This document shows positions 26,324 to 38,385 of a DNA stretch of 64,000 nt, piece after piece (the first letter of the stretch is position 1; the number at the start of each line of letters is the position of its first letter). The DNA lies in assembly GCF_021028975.2 (NCBI RefSeq), contig NC_059429.1:81530001-81594000 (forward strand), read 5' to 3'. The position numbers and the translations under genes are program-made. The notes beneath the pieces are model-generated. The model had not been told where the DNA came from and ran no database searches. It was given only the letters and a program-made list of their open reading frames with translations. The stretch is from Sphaerodactylus townsendi. Lineage: Eukaryota.

Positions 26324-27365
26324 ACAGCCCACAGCAGAAGTGTGTGCCTGCAGAGAGACACTAGACACAGTTTTTCATCATCATGACCTCTGTGCAGTTC
26401 CATGTGTGAGAATGGCATGCTTACATGTTATGGAGGTGGGTGTGGTGCTAACTCATCTTAGCCCTGGCATTGATGTCCACAGCATAATGCTTAACGAAAG
26501 TCAAAGGAGTGGACCATGTAGCCACTCAGCATATATAATTAAGATCCACGGGTTATGTAAAAGCCATAGAAGCTGCTAGGTAGAGTGCACCCTAATGGCA
26601 ATTGGGCAAGAAACCCTAGCCTTGCAGTAAGCCATTCAAATTGCAGATGTTATTCAACAACATAAGGTGGGAAAAGGTGCCACAGATCTCTTCCTCTGAA
26701 ACACAGAAACATGAGCAGTATCCTTTCTAAAGGATGTCATTCTGGTAATATATATAGAGAGAGCCATGTGCTCATTCAGGGAGTGCATAGTCCTGCCTCA
26801 GCGGACCGAAAAACACTGACAGGACTACATCTTATGCAAGATGAAACCAAGACACCACTTTAGATAAATGTTCAAGGCTAGCCCTCAGGACTACCTTGTC
26901 AGGGAAAAAAACTGCCTGAATGGAGGGTCACAGCACAGAGCCTTCAAATCACTGATGCTGCGTGCAGAGGTAATGACCACCAGGAAGGCCATTTTGTATG
27001 ATGAAAACCTCAATGGACACAAAGCTAAGGGTTTGACTGGAGCATGGGTGAGATGTGTTAACATTAACGTAAGGCTCCACTGAAGTACAGAGGGTTTAAC
27101 AGGCGAGTACATGTTATTAAGCCCTCTTGGAACCTCTTGGAAAGAGGTGGAGAGACTAGTGAGCAGAAGCTGACCCCGTCGTGAAAAGCAGATATTGCTG
27201 CCAAATCTACCTTAATAGAAGAGTTGATTTGACCAGAGCTCTTTAGAGAGAATAAATAGGAAGAAACACTATCAACATGAGTAGGGATCCAGCCTTTTAG
27301 ATTCAGTCCACTCAATAAACCTATTCCATTTAGCTAAATAGGATCTCCTAGGTGAGGACTTTCTG

Positions 27366-27605
27366 AGAGCCAGTGTGGTATAGTGGTTAAGAGCAGGTGG
27401 ATTCTAATCTGGAGAACCAGGTTTGATTCCCTACTCCTCCACCTGAGTAGCAGAGGCTTATCTGGTGAACCAGATTTGTTTCCGCACTCCTAAGTTCCTG
27501 CTGGGTGCGTGTTTGTTGGGGAGGAAGGGAAAGGAGCTTGTAAGCCACCTTGAGTCTCCTTACAGCAGAGAAAGGTGGGGTATAAATTCAAACTCCTCCT
27601 ACTCC
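27366..27605 (+). mobile_element. tRNA-derived SINE (Squam3-like), internally shortened
   Basis: A box TGGTATAGTGG, B box GGTTTGATTCC, tail gagaaaggtggggtataaat followed by a (CTC)n-like tail. Confidence 0.85.
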
Positions 27606-27852
27606 TTGAAGCAACCAACACTTCCAGAACCTCATCTGGCCAACCTGTCAGGATATGATGAGCTTCCTTAAGGAGTGGAAACTCTTTGCAGACTACTTAC
27701 TGGAAACATATACAAGTAAAGAAATAATGGCAGGATTCAAGATTTAAATGAAAACAGCAGATTGGACTAAAGTAATTTTATAAGGACTAAAAGTGAAAAA
27801 TCTGCAGATTATAACCAAAAACACAAGACTAGGTTTGCATTAGGATCCATAA

Positions 27853-28090
27853 NNNNNNNNNNNNNNNNNNNNNNNNNNNNNNNNNNNNNNNNNNNNNNNN
27901 NNNNNNNNNNNNNNNNNNNNNNNNNNNNNNNNNNNNNNNNNNNNNNNNNNNNNNNNNNNNNNNNNNNNNNNNNNNNNNNNNNNNNNNNNNNNNNNNNNNN
28001 NNNNNNNNNNNNNNNNNNNNNNNNNNNNNNNNNNNNNNNNNNNNNNNNNNNNNNNNNNNNNNNNNNNNNNNNNNNNNNNNNNNNNNNNNN
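27853..28090. other. Assembly gap (238 N)
   Basis: Run of n. Confidence 1.
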
Positions 28091-29745
28091 TTTTACTATT
28101 ATTACTATTGGGGAGGGGAGATCAGATTTGGGCTTTTTCCCCCTTCTTTCTGTATGTGTTGTCTACATGTATAAAATAAATAAAATTTTCTAGGAAGTGA
28201 GGAGCCAGGCAGAGAGGCATCATCATGATGATGAACCTGACCAATGCTCAGAAGATCTGCTACCAGGGGTAAGCAAAGGTGCCTCCCGTTGGACAAGTTC
28301 CAGAGGGAACTGAACCAAAGCATCCTGGACTGGAATGGGGCAATCAAGATGAGACTGGCCTTGTCTGACGTAGCCTTGGCAATTACCTTGAGTATCAGTG
28401 GCAAGGGCTGGAAGACATACATCACGGGTCCTGACCAACTGATCTGGAAAGCATCTCCCAAGGAGGAGGAAGAGAGAGAGTAGAAGGGGGAAAAACAGGG
28501 AATGACAGAAAAGGAGAGAAGGGAAGCAGATAGAGGGGTGGGCAACTTGGAAGTCATGGCAAGGAGGAAGAGAATAACCCCTCAACAGTCAAGCTGTGGG
28601 TCATACAGGTGCTTGACACCTCATGGCCTCAGGACAGTGGGGCCCAGGACGGGCAGCCCATCGCCTGGGCAAGGGAAGGAGGAAAGGCAGAGGGCTCCTC
28701 AGAGTGGGCTGACACAGGATTTCACCACAGCTGTGTGTGTGTATTCTGCAAGTCTCTCTTTGTTTCTCTCTCTGTATTTTAGGTGCTCCTGGAAATGTCT
28801 TCTTACTCAAATTCAGGTTTAGTGTCGTTTGGCTATCTTAATCCTTTCCAGGTATGCTCCTTGTTCCCTAGTTCTAGGGGAGATTTACAAAGAACTTCCT
28901 TTCATTCCTTTGGAACAATCAAAGTATGTACACTACACATTACGCATATACCAAATTTCAACTTTCTGGGTGTTCAGGAAAAACCCTTAACCATTTGGGA
29001 TTATCTTTTCTGTCCCATGTATTTTTTTAAAAAAAGGCTTGCAGATGCCTGCCTTTCAGAAATGTTTAATAATCAGCATGTTTTGCAGAGGCCTTTGTTT
29101 CACTTGTGTAATGGGAATTTCATGCCTCCCAGACATACATTGGTTCTTGTCTGTAACCACAGCATGCAGGAAGAATTAACTGTAGTCTATCTGACACACA
29201 CCACTGATTTCATATTCTTAAACTATCCCAGTGAGCTGCTATTGGCTTTGTGTGACTTGACAGGATAGCTTTCACTCTGGCCTCTCTCAGTGTTCCTTCC
29301 TCCATACTGCTGCATTGCCCCTTCTGTGATGATTTTATATACATTTTATTACACCTATCTTCCAAAAAAAAAATCCTGAGAAGATCAGAACAATGGTATA
29401 CTTCCAAGTTCTTGCAGAACTTGAATCTGAAACTTCAGATACAGTTGCCAGAATCTATTCAGCTGACAGAAGCTACCAAGGTACAATGCTGATTTAGTAG
29501 CACTAGAGCAGGGGTCGGGAACCCGGGGCTCGCGAGCCTCATGCGGCTCCCTCTCACTTGTACTGTGGCTCCCAGCACGGCTGCCCCTTCCAGAGGCGTA
29601 CCAGGTCCAAGTGGTGCCCGGAGACAAAAAACCCCTCCGGGCACACCTCCTGCGGAGCTCCACTTACTCGTGACTAAGCACTGCAGCACTTACTCCTTCA
29701 GCCTGGCCTCCTCAGCAGCCACCCCGACTTACCCAGGCTTACTCA

Positions 29746-29923
29746 GGCTAGCTCTGAGCTGCTGCTCTAGGCAGCCAGCCAGCCTCTATGACTTTCTTAA
29801 AGAGGCAATTCCCCAAAAGATTGCTTAAAGGGGAAAGCAATCTTTAATCAATCTTTGGAGAATTGCCCTTTTAAGAAAGTCACATAGAGGCTGGCTGCCA
29901 GAAGCTGAGCCTCAGAGCCTGCC
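29746..29923. repeat. Imperfect palindrome with ~75-bp arms
   Basis: ggcagcc...ctctatgactttcttaaagaggcaattccccaaaagattg versus caatctttggagaattgcccttttaagaaagtcacatagaggctggctgcc. Confidence 0.9.
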
Positions 29924-30339
29924 GTGGGAGGGTAAGTGAGGGAGAGGAGGGGAATGACGGCCAGCTGGCCATTTGGCGGGGGTGGGGGGTGGGGGGTAAG
30001 GGGGGGCAGGAGCCTGCTGGGGAGGAGGCACTATCCCCTTGTTTTGAAAGGGGGGAGGAGGTGCTCTGCCGTTGGCAGCAGCTGGAGCTACAGAGCTAGG
30101 GCTGGCTGGGGGTGGGGAGGCACCGTGGGGCGAGGCGGGGGTGAGGCTCCCCAGCTGCTGCCACCGGGTCCAAATGGCTCTTTGGGTAGCAAAGGTTCCC
30201 GACCCCTGCACTAGAGGTAGAGCTTCCACGGGGACATCTGGGGACAAATGCCCCAGGCAGCCACTGTTCAGTCACATGGGGGGGATGGAAAATCACCCCC
30301 ACATAGTCACACCCCACCCCAGGGCAGCAGTGCTCTAAA

Positions 30340-31452
30340 AGCCCCATGGCCCCCTCTGCCCCCCCTCTGCCCCCAGCAAACCCTCTCAGGCTCCCCTGCC
30401 CCCCACCCCCGCAAGGAAACCCAGGCCCATGGAACAGCTCTGTGGCCCCTTCCTTGCCTCCCCCCACCCCCATGAGGAAGCCAGGCCCTGCCACCCCCAC
30501 TCTAACCTACAGCTTCCCACCTCCCTGCACCCAAGTCTCATTTTCTAACCTTCCCCCACTCCTATCCTCACTTTGCCTCCCTCCCCAACCCCAATACTAA
30601 CTCCCCACCCTCATACTCACCTACCTTCCCCCAGCCACTTTCCACCCTCCCCCACCCCTAGTCACACCTTCCAATCCTCCCACCCAAGCCTGACCTTCTA
30701 ATGCTCCCCTGCCCCAAGTCTCACTTTGCCAATCCTCCCATCCCCGGCCCTCACCTTGCCACTCTCCCCAACCCCAATACTAAACTACCAACCTTCCCCA
30801 CCTTTATACTCACCTACCAACCCACCCCCTCCCTAGCCACACCTTCCAACCCTCCCACCACCCAAAGCCTTACCTTTCAACCCACTCCTACCCCAACTCT
30901 CACCTTGCCACCCTGCCCCACCCCAACATTGACCTGCTAACCCTACCCACCCTCATGCTCTCCTACAACCATCCCCCACCCCTAGCCACACCTTTCACCC
31001 CCACCACCTAAGTCTTACCTTTCAACCCTCCCCATGCCTCACCTTGCCACCCTGCCCCACCAGAACCCTCACCTTTCTGTCCTCTCCCACCTGAAGCCTC
31101 CCATTACACCATCTCCCAATCTGCCACCCCAAACCTGCCCTTTCAACCCTCCCACCACCCGAAGGCACTCTGTTCCATCCTCCTCCATTCCAGCCCTCAC
31201 TACCACCCTCCCCTCACCCCACTCCTCTCCACTCTCTACCTATCCTCACCTTCTGTCCTTCCTCAAGCCACACTCTTCAACCTGTCCCATCCCTGAGCCA
31301 CAAATGCAAATCCAGGTAAGTGCCCTCCTTGAACAAGTGTGAAGTGGGGGCTGCTACAGCCCCACTTAGGCCCATTGCTGGGGAGATCCTTCCTCTTCCA
31401 CCTTCCACCTCTTCCACAATTTCATCTCCCCAGCAATGGGCTTTGCTGCTAG
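30340..31452 (+). mobile_element. Non-autonomous Helitron-like element with a C-rich degenerate minisatellite; 5' limit uncertain
   Basis: Perfect 18-bp stem (31370-31387 / 31424-31441) 7 nt upstream of a terminal CTAG|T; the same 3' end recurs at 35652-35691. Confidence 0.65.
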
Positions 31453-31685
31453 TAGATTGCTTGGTCCAGGTGAGGGAGGGTGGCCGCCCATGGAGGGTAG
31501 ACTCAGATTTTGCCTGGGGCTCCATTTTACCTAGCTATGCTTTTGAGCAGCACTTACTTTTTCATTCCTTCATTCCTTCATTCATTAACCTTTAATGGCA
31601 TAGAGTAGCACTTGTTTTTATATACATTTTAATGTATGATTGTATATATGTTATTGTAGACACAGGACTGTAATACATTACAATA

Positions 31686-33270
31686 TCCTTATCAGAAGGT
31701 AAGAGGGATGTTGCAAAGAAGGATTCAGGATGCAGAGATGCAATACACATTGTAATAAGCTTGATTAGAGCAGAGGAGAAATGCTTAGGGGTAGAAAATT
31801 AGCATCTGTAGTGAGATAAGAATCCTGTGTCCCTATTATTCCACAAACTATGGGGAAAATGTGTGCCACAATTTCTCCAAGAAGCTGCTTAAACATCTTA
31901 TCAGTGACATGAGCACTCACATGTCACCACAATATACCAACATGTTTATGGCTGATCCGGAGCAGCACTTCCTCAGCTCCCATTTGCTAACACCCCTGTT
32001 GCACCTGAAATTTACTGATGACATTTTAACAATTTGGACAAATAGGAAAGAAGCACTGAAGAAATTTCATCAAGACTTTTGGCAACTTCTAATCCGAGAC
32101 ATGAATCGATCCATGCAAAAAAGTTCATTGTCTAAACACCAATGGAAGCATAAAAACCACTTTATACCTACTGATCACCAAACATATCTATATCCTTACA
32201 ATCACCACCAGACCAAACAATTCATTGTCTATAAACAAGCTTCAGCGGCATTTATTCCAATCCCTCAGATATTCTCACCTGCAGCATTTACAACAGACAT
32301 TTTTTGGAATTACAGTTCCCACCTGAAGTAATAAGGAAACTGGTCAATAAGGCCAGAATGATATCAAGGGATAACCTGTTGCCAGATAGGCCCAAATGAA
32401 ACAACAGCAGAACCTCACTGGTGGTCACATACAACTCTCAACTCATACTGGTTCAACACATCATCAGTGACCTGCAACCTATGTTGACTATGATAATTCT
32501 CTCTCACAGGCATTGCAAGACAAACCTTTTCTTGCTCACAGACAGCCTCCTAACCTCAAACATCTTCTCACCCACAACAATACCCATCCTAACATGAACA
32601 CAAAGATGCCCCCATATTTATTCTGACAACACAAAAAATCGACATAACAATACCAGTCATGCCAAATTCATTCACTTGTTCATCTTCCAATGTTATACAT
32701 GCTATCAAATGTAATCAACGGCTCCTACTCCCTATATCAGACAGCAGGTCAGTTCCTACACAAAAGCATAAATTACCATGCGTTCAACATTAAAGACCAC
32801 AATACTCAAAAACAAGCGGAAGAACATTTTAATGTTACAGATTATTCCACTCCAGACCTAAAAGTGGCATTCATCAAACAGAGAAGCTTCAAGAGAATAT
32901 TACAGTGTGAGATTCCTGGACTTGAGTTTATTCACAAATTCAGAACTATGGACACCACACACCCCAGGGCTGAATAGGGGCACTTGATTTATCTCACTAT
33001 GGATGCTAATCTTCTGCCCTGAAGTATTTATCCACTGCTTAATCAAGCTGAGTACAGTATGTGTCGTACTGCTGCATCCAGAGACTTCTTTGCAACACCC
33101 CTCCCACTTTCTGACTGGGATGTAAGGACTCAGAAATCTCCATTCCAACTTCTGACGAGAGTGTCGATGCTTGAAGGTTTATGCCCTGAAAATCTTGTTG
33201 GTCTCTATGGTGCTACTGGACTTGAATCTAGCTGTTCTACTACAGAGTAACATGACTACTCTGAAAGTTT
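31686..33270 (+). mobile_element. Penelope-like element relic (RT and GIY-YIG endonuclease) with an inverted partial pLTR
   Basis: RT: MSPQYTNMFMADPEQHFL...KFTDDILTIWT; GIY-YIG-region remnant SSNVIHAIKC at ~32683; 31686-31737 is an inverted copy of 33071-33128; 3' pLTR carries a hammerhead-like core at 33152-33176. Confidence 0.9.
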
Positions 33271-33899
33271 GAGGACACCAAAATAGCAGTAGTCCTGGCA
33301 GAGGCCTAAACCTGCTTCAGCTTGCATGCTGTGGCTGTGAACAGCAGTGTGCATCTGAGAGCCATGAAACTCCCATTGCACCTGTGATGTGAAGTCCTTG
33401 TAATTTTCCCGAACAACCACAAGGACTTTGTAATGTGCAGGTTTGCATAGGGACTGTTAGGAGAGGAACATGCTCAGAAATCACTTCTTACATGGAATGA
33501 TCTTATTCTGCTCTGAGGAAACTGACATGAAACAGGACTCTGCAGAGCCCTTGGCATTGTACCAGCCACATTCTATAGTGGTATCCTGCGCCCAAGGCGG
33601 GGTCCCCACTGGGACCCCTGTTGCCAACCCACCTTCCCCTGCCCAGATGCTGGAACTTCCGGCCTCACTCCCATTGTCCGGGGCGTGGACTAAGTGGGAC
33701 AGCCGCTTTAGCCACAGCTTGTGCCAGCTGCCCACAGCTGCCCCCAGGGTTCGCAAGAAGCTAGGGAGGGAGAGTAGGGTAGCCCCCCCTGCCAGCCTGT
33801 GGACTGCTGGCTTCTCCTCTCAGTTCCTGCCCCCTCTGCCCGACTACCAACTCTCCTCCTCTCCAAGACCTTCCTCCCTAACGTCCTCTCCTCTCCTTC

Positions 33900-34320
33900 C
33901 CTTGGACTTCCCCACCGTCGTCCTCCTTGTCCCTTCATGTTTTTTCCCTCTTCTTCCCACACACGCGCACACTCCCTCCTTCCCTCCTTCTCGTCTTTCC
34001 TCTCCCCCGTCGTGCCGAGGTTCCTCCCTTTTATCCCTTCTGCAGCCAACCTCCGGGTTGAAAACCTTGCCCCTGCTGGCCCTGCTTGTCCGGCCCGGCC
34101 TCTTCGGCATGTCGCTCCCCGCCGCCGAGGCCCCTGCCTGCCTCATCAGCTGGCGAGAGAGCAGGGAGTCGCTCCGCTCCTTCGTCGCCGGTGCAGCGAC
34201 AGGACTCCCCTCCCGTCACGACGCCCCGTGTCATGGGGGATGCGCCCGCTGGCCACAGGCAGGGGCGCAAGTCCGGGGCAGGGGTGGGGGCTACCCCCGC
34301 TCCCGGACAAGTGAGATGGG
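33900..34320. promoter_or_regulatory. CpG island; candidate promoter/first exon, probably minus strand
   Basis: The only clearly non-TE CpG-dense, GC-rich stretch in the window. On the minus strand, gcgacATGCCG (ATG at 34111) gives MPKRPGRTSRASRGKVFNPE, then a weak donor GAG|GTTGGC and a GGG-rich purine tract typical of intron 5' ends. Confidence 0.65.
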
Positions 34321-34459
34321 TGAACAAGCCTTCTCAGAAGTATGTTCCATTTTATTCTATGGGCCTTACTCCCAAGAAAGTGTTCTTAGAAATATAGCTT
34401 GAAACAATGGGAGACCTGAAACAACTACACACATAAGCATGTGTTTTTGCTATTTAACT

Positions 34460-34600
34460 TCTAGCCTGATGAAGAGTTTTGGGGACCTCAGAAGCCTGCA
34501 TTCAGGATATGCTGATTGTTCTTAATAAAAAAAGTATCAAACTATTGTTGTTTTTGGATTTTTTCATCGACCAACATGGCTACCTACAATTTAAATCTAT
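34460..34600 (+). mobile_element. Penelope-type pLTR fragment with a hammerhead relic
   Basis: cCTGATGAagag...ctcAGAAgc core followed by aataaa and a PLE-like tail. Confidence 0.55.
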
Positions 34601-35464
34601 CGTGCTGTAGCAACTATTTTAAGAAGCCTGTGGTGCAGAATAACATAGTCCAATCACAACCACATCTAATTACACAGAGGGGTAAATCACTAAACATTTC
34701 TTACAAAGCATCTGAAATATAATTTTTAAAAAACCATTGCCAGTCAGCAGTTTTCTCAGCTGCCTCAGAAACGCCAAATATGTTCAGTAAGATGAAGCCT
34801 TCTAATGCAAATAGGAGAAGAGACATATTGCCAAATACTATGTGCAGCAGCAGCAGAAAGGAGATGGTATGCATGCAAAGACAGAGATACAAAATGACCA
34901 ACACCAATAGATATAATGGGCAAACAGTAGAGCACAACAGGAACCACCCTATCAAGGCTGTTAACAACCATATACAAGGTAACAGTGTAAGTGTTTTAAC
35001 AAATAGATAAAATGCAAATAGTGATCAAAAATAGCATATACACACAAAAAGCACAATAGCAGCTATGTCTCTATATCAGCAACAAGCTGTCAACCAGTAA
35101 TATACTATACCTCAAAGTCCACTTATTATAAATCCTGAAATGGGTATGGCCATATGTCCCAAACAGTTCACAAGTATATCCAGCCCTCCAATGGCACATA
35201 ATATTTGTTATTGGTGTTACTACACTTTGTATAAGTGGAAGAATCCAATCTTCCAGTTTAACACAGGATAGTAGAGAAATTAATCTCCTGGGTAGTTGGC
35301 AACCACACAGAACAAAGATCTATAGAGAAATTAGTCTCCCAGATAGTTGGCAACCACATGAAGCAATCACAGGAAGAATACCATTTGTGATAAGACAGCA
35401 TTTTCTTAATCTTCAGTTCAACTGGTAAAGCTAGTCTCACATATAGGGGTCTGTTAATCTTTTC

Positions 35465-35690
35465 TGCCCTCCCCCACCCCAAGCCTCACCTTTCCACCCT
35501 CCCCCAAGCCACTCATTTCCACCCTCCCGCCCAAGTCACAGACTCAGGACCAGGTAGGTGGGAAGTGTCATGCTGGGATCAGGGGGCCACTACAGCCCCA
35601 GTAAAGCCTATTGCAGGGGGAAATGCTTACTCCCCCCCCCCATTTGCTAGGGCCCATTGCCTCTCCCCCCACAATGGGCTTTGCTGCTAG
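35465..35690 (+). mobile_element. Short Helitron-like 3' fragment, same family as 30340-31452
   Basis: gcccattg...caatgggc stem followed by tttgctgCTAG|T; shared ctacagcccc and cccaagcc motifs. Confidence 0.65.
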
Positions 35691-36949
35691 TACAAATATA
35701 ATAACAATAATAGATACTATATAGCTTAATAAATACTGATGAAAATCAATAAATACAATAAATAGGCAGAGAAATTGGTTCATTTTGCCCTTAACAGAGA
35801 TAACTGTCATTGGAAAATGGATTCTTCATCCAGACTTCTGGGTTCTCTCCAATTTCCCCAAATCTGGGTATCTGTTCCCTCCCAACACCACTAACACTTC
35901 TAACACTTTTCCCATCAATTATAAGTAAAGTACATTGCAAATAAACATTGTACATATTCATTGATTTTTTTGTCAAAGAGTAGTGCTTAGTAAAAATTAA
36001 ATAGAATGGCACACTGTAGGAAATTCCAGAATACCAATGCCCAAATGCAAAAAGAAAGAAAGAAATTTAAAAGGCATTTGTCTTAAGGCTGCAGCTTCAG
36101 TTGATTTGATTTTGTTTTAACAACTTCCAAGAGTACATTATATGGCTTCACATGTGTGCAGTTAGAAGGAGGGGCACATGCCCCACTCCACTTAGAATAG
36201 TTCTTCACAAGATTGATTTTTCATTGAATACCTGTGCCCTTGTAGTGTTTTTAAAAAGTACAGTTCTCATTTACTTACAAATACGGGGGCATTAATAGGC
36301 CTCTTTTGCATCATGATGGTTCTTCCTGGCAATCTTAGCTGAATAGTATGGGGAAAGCAAATTACTAAAATGTTGTAATTTCCCAAAGTTTCCATCTTTC
36401 CCATTCTTTATCCCCAGAAACCATTTTCCCCAGGTGTTTTGTGCACACACAAAAAAATCAATTCTGGCAAATGAAAACCTTGCTGGAAAGAATACAGATA
36501 AGGATTTGAATTCAAAAGGGAAATTATTTCTGCAATGATTTGACCAGATGTAGCACTAAGCTCATTTCGTCTTCCACACACCATCTGTTCAGTGTTTCTC
36601 TTTAAAACCTATACTAAAATCTTCAGTTTAATGAATTCCAAACATTGGTTTGGGGCCCACCAGCGAGTTGCAGGATTCTTTGTCAGTATCACCAAGCATG
36701 TCTTGAGACAGTGTACAATGTAAGAGTCTATGGATATCAATCCCAAGCCAAAGGAGAAGATTAGTGTGGTGAAATGAAACTTTACCCACTGTATCTCTGT
36801 AAACATCACGCCTCAGCAAAATAAAGCTGGAAAGTGAGGGGGGGGTGGGGGGGTGAACAGAACCTGAAACAGAAATATGATACTTTAAACACTAGTCTGC
36901 TCATCTCTTAAGATTATCAGAGTGCAAATTTGAGATCTAGGAAGAAATT

Positions 36950-37015
36950 ATTGCATTTATTGCTCATTTCATTGCATTTATTGCTCATTTTATTGCATTT
37001 ATTGCTCATTTTATT
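36950..37015. repeat. ~21-bp AT-rich tandem repeat (three copies)
   Basis: ttgcattttattgctcatttt repeated with minor variation. Confidence 0.85.
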
Positions 37016-37412
37016 TTCCTTTTTTTAGACAATTGATAGTAAATGATTAAAGTTTAACATAAATGAACATATACAAATACACACAATACAAACAACATAT
37101 TTTGAATCATTGCCATCACCTGAATTAGAGATATATCTGTCTCTGGATTCTAGATTTTCTGTCTCAAAAATGTTCTTTTTCAAATTTGTTTGCCTTCTGT
37201 GTGTGTGTGCATGCATGCATGTGTGTGTGTATGTATGTGTAATAAAACTGAAAAGGTGAACTCATATTTAGAGTCTAATGCCTTAGAATCAACAGCTCCA
37301 AAGTCAGAACAAGGTGGCAGTAAGCTTATTTTGCCACAATCTATAGGTGAGTTTAAAAAAATGACATTATTTGGTTGTAGCTCCTTCATGGAGTATATGA
37401 ATAAACCTGGTA

Positions 37413-37602
37413 CAGGGCCAGAGGAGGAGCGAGGGGAAACTGTGCCTAGGGCGCACACATGTCCTGCACTCCTGTTGCGCTCCACCTGCCCCCGCCCCAC
37501 CCCGGAATGCCCCCACCATGCCCCCTCCACGGACTGGCCATGCCTCCACCACAGCTTCGCCCGGGGCATCACGCCCTCCGTCCTGTTGGTGGTACGCCAC
37601 TG
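37413..37602. mobile_element. hAT-like MITE, same family as 63617-63815
   Basis: CAGGGCC...CGCCACTG termini; shared ggggaaactgtgcc.agggc; TSD not preserved. Confidence 0.7.
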
Positions 37603-38244
37603 TACAGGTCAGTCTAGACCATTAGGCAAACCTTGGCAATTGCCTCTCCAGAACAGGTGCTAGTTTGATGGGTAAACAAAAGACCCATGTTGATCTGCTC
37701 CCACTTCCTCTGGGCTCCTCATCGGCCTCCATTGTTGTGCTGCTGAGAGGCTGTCACTTCCACCTGTGTGCCCAGCAGGGCTGGTGGAAACACAGGAGGG
37801 AGAAGAAAGGTGAAGCTACTGTGCCTGGCTATGCCTGTGCAAAAAAACCCTGCTCACAAGGAGGTTCCACCTAGACAATGAGGAAGAGTCATGACTGCTA
37901 TCTGGGCCAGCCCACCCTCTGAACTGGTTCCCTGCCCCCCCCTCCCAGGATTCCTATCCGCTGTGGTGTTCTAGGAGGCTATGCCTCTACAAGCTGTGTT
38001 GGCTTCCTGACTGCTGTTTTCACTGTGCCTTCAGGCCACAGGAAACAGGCAGGTCATTATCAGGAGGGCCATATTGCCAGTCCCTCCATGCTATGTTCTA
38101 ACTGCCCTGTACATAAAGGGGAGACCCTTCACCTCCAGACAAGGCCTCTCTTACCTTTTGGTATCCTAAGCTGTCAATCCAGTTGGGCTGCCCTACTCAC
38201 TTTTCTCTGTATTGAATTAAGGTGTCATAGTTTACCTTTTTTTG

Positions 38245-38385
38245 CAGTCAAGTCACAGCTGACTATGACAAACCCATAGGGTTTTCAAGGCAAGAGATGT
38301 TGGGAGGTGGTTTGTCATTGCTTCCCTCCATGTCATGATCCTGGTATTCCTTAGAGATTTTCTATCCAAATACTTGCCCAAGGTC
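38245..38385 (-). mobile_element. 5S-derived Sauria-type SINE, degenerate
   Basis: gtcaagtcacagctgact...gggttttcaaggcaagaga...ctggtattcct...atccaaatact (antisense 5S-like segment). Confidence 0.7.

Larger units (their letters stand above)
24840..28460 (-). mobile_element. DIRS-type tyrosine-recombinase retrotransposon relic (3' part), interrupted by a solo LTR, a SINE and an assembly gap
   Basis: YR motifs: IKVDLAAISAFH, WSLTLML...KMAFLVVITSARSISDLKAL, HST* (26576-26587), ATWSTPLTFVKHY (catalytic Tyr codon at 26484-26486). Methyltransferase-like DAF...W...YVFQP...LILIAP at ~28200-28460. The terminal segment ~24843-24870 resembles the internal segment ~26375-26400 (ICR-like). Confidence 0.9.

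Noticed and set aside
27366-27445. tRNA gene
   Set aside because: A and B boxes are present, but there is no proper cloverleaf and it continues into a SINE body and tail.
33470-34402. Longest ORF (310 aa, plus strand) as a protein-coding gene
   Set aside because: Pro/Ser/Leu low-complexity translation of a C-rich, stop-poor CpG-island strand, with overlapping ORFs in several frames and no recognisable domain. The LRSFVAGAATG resemblance to SLC25 carriers lacks the following PxD motif.
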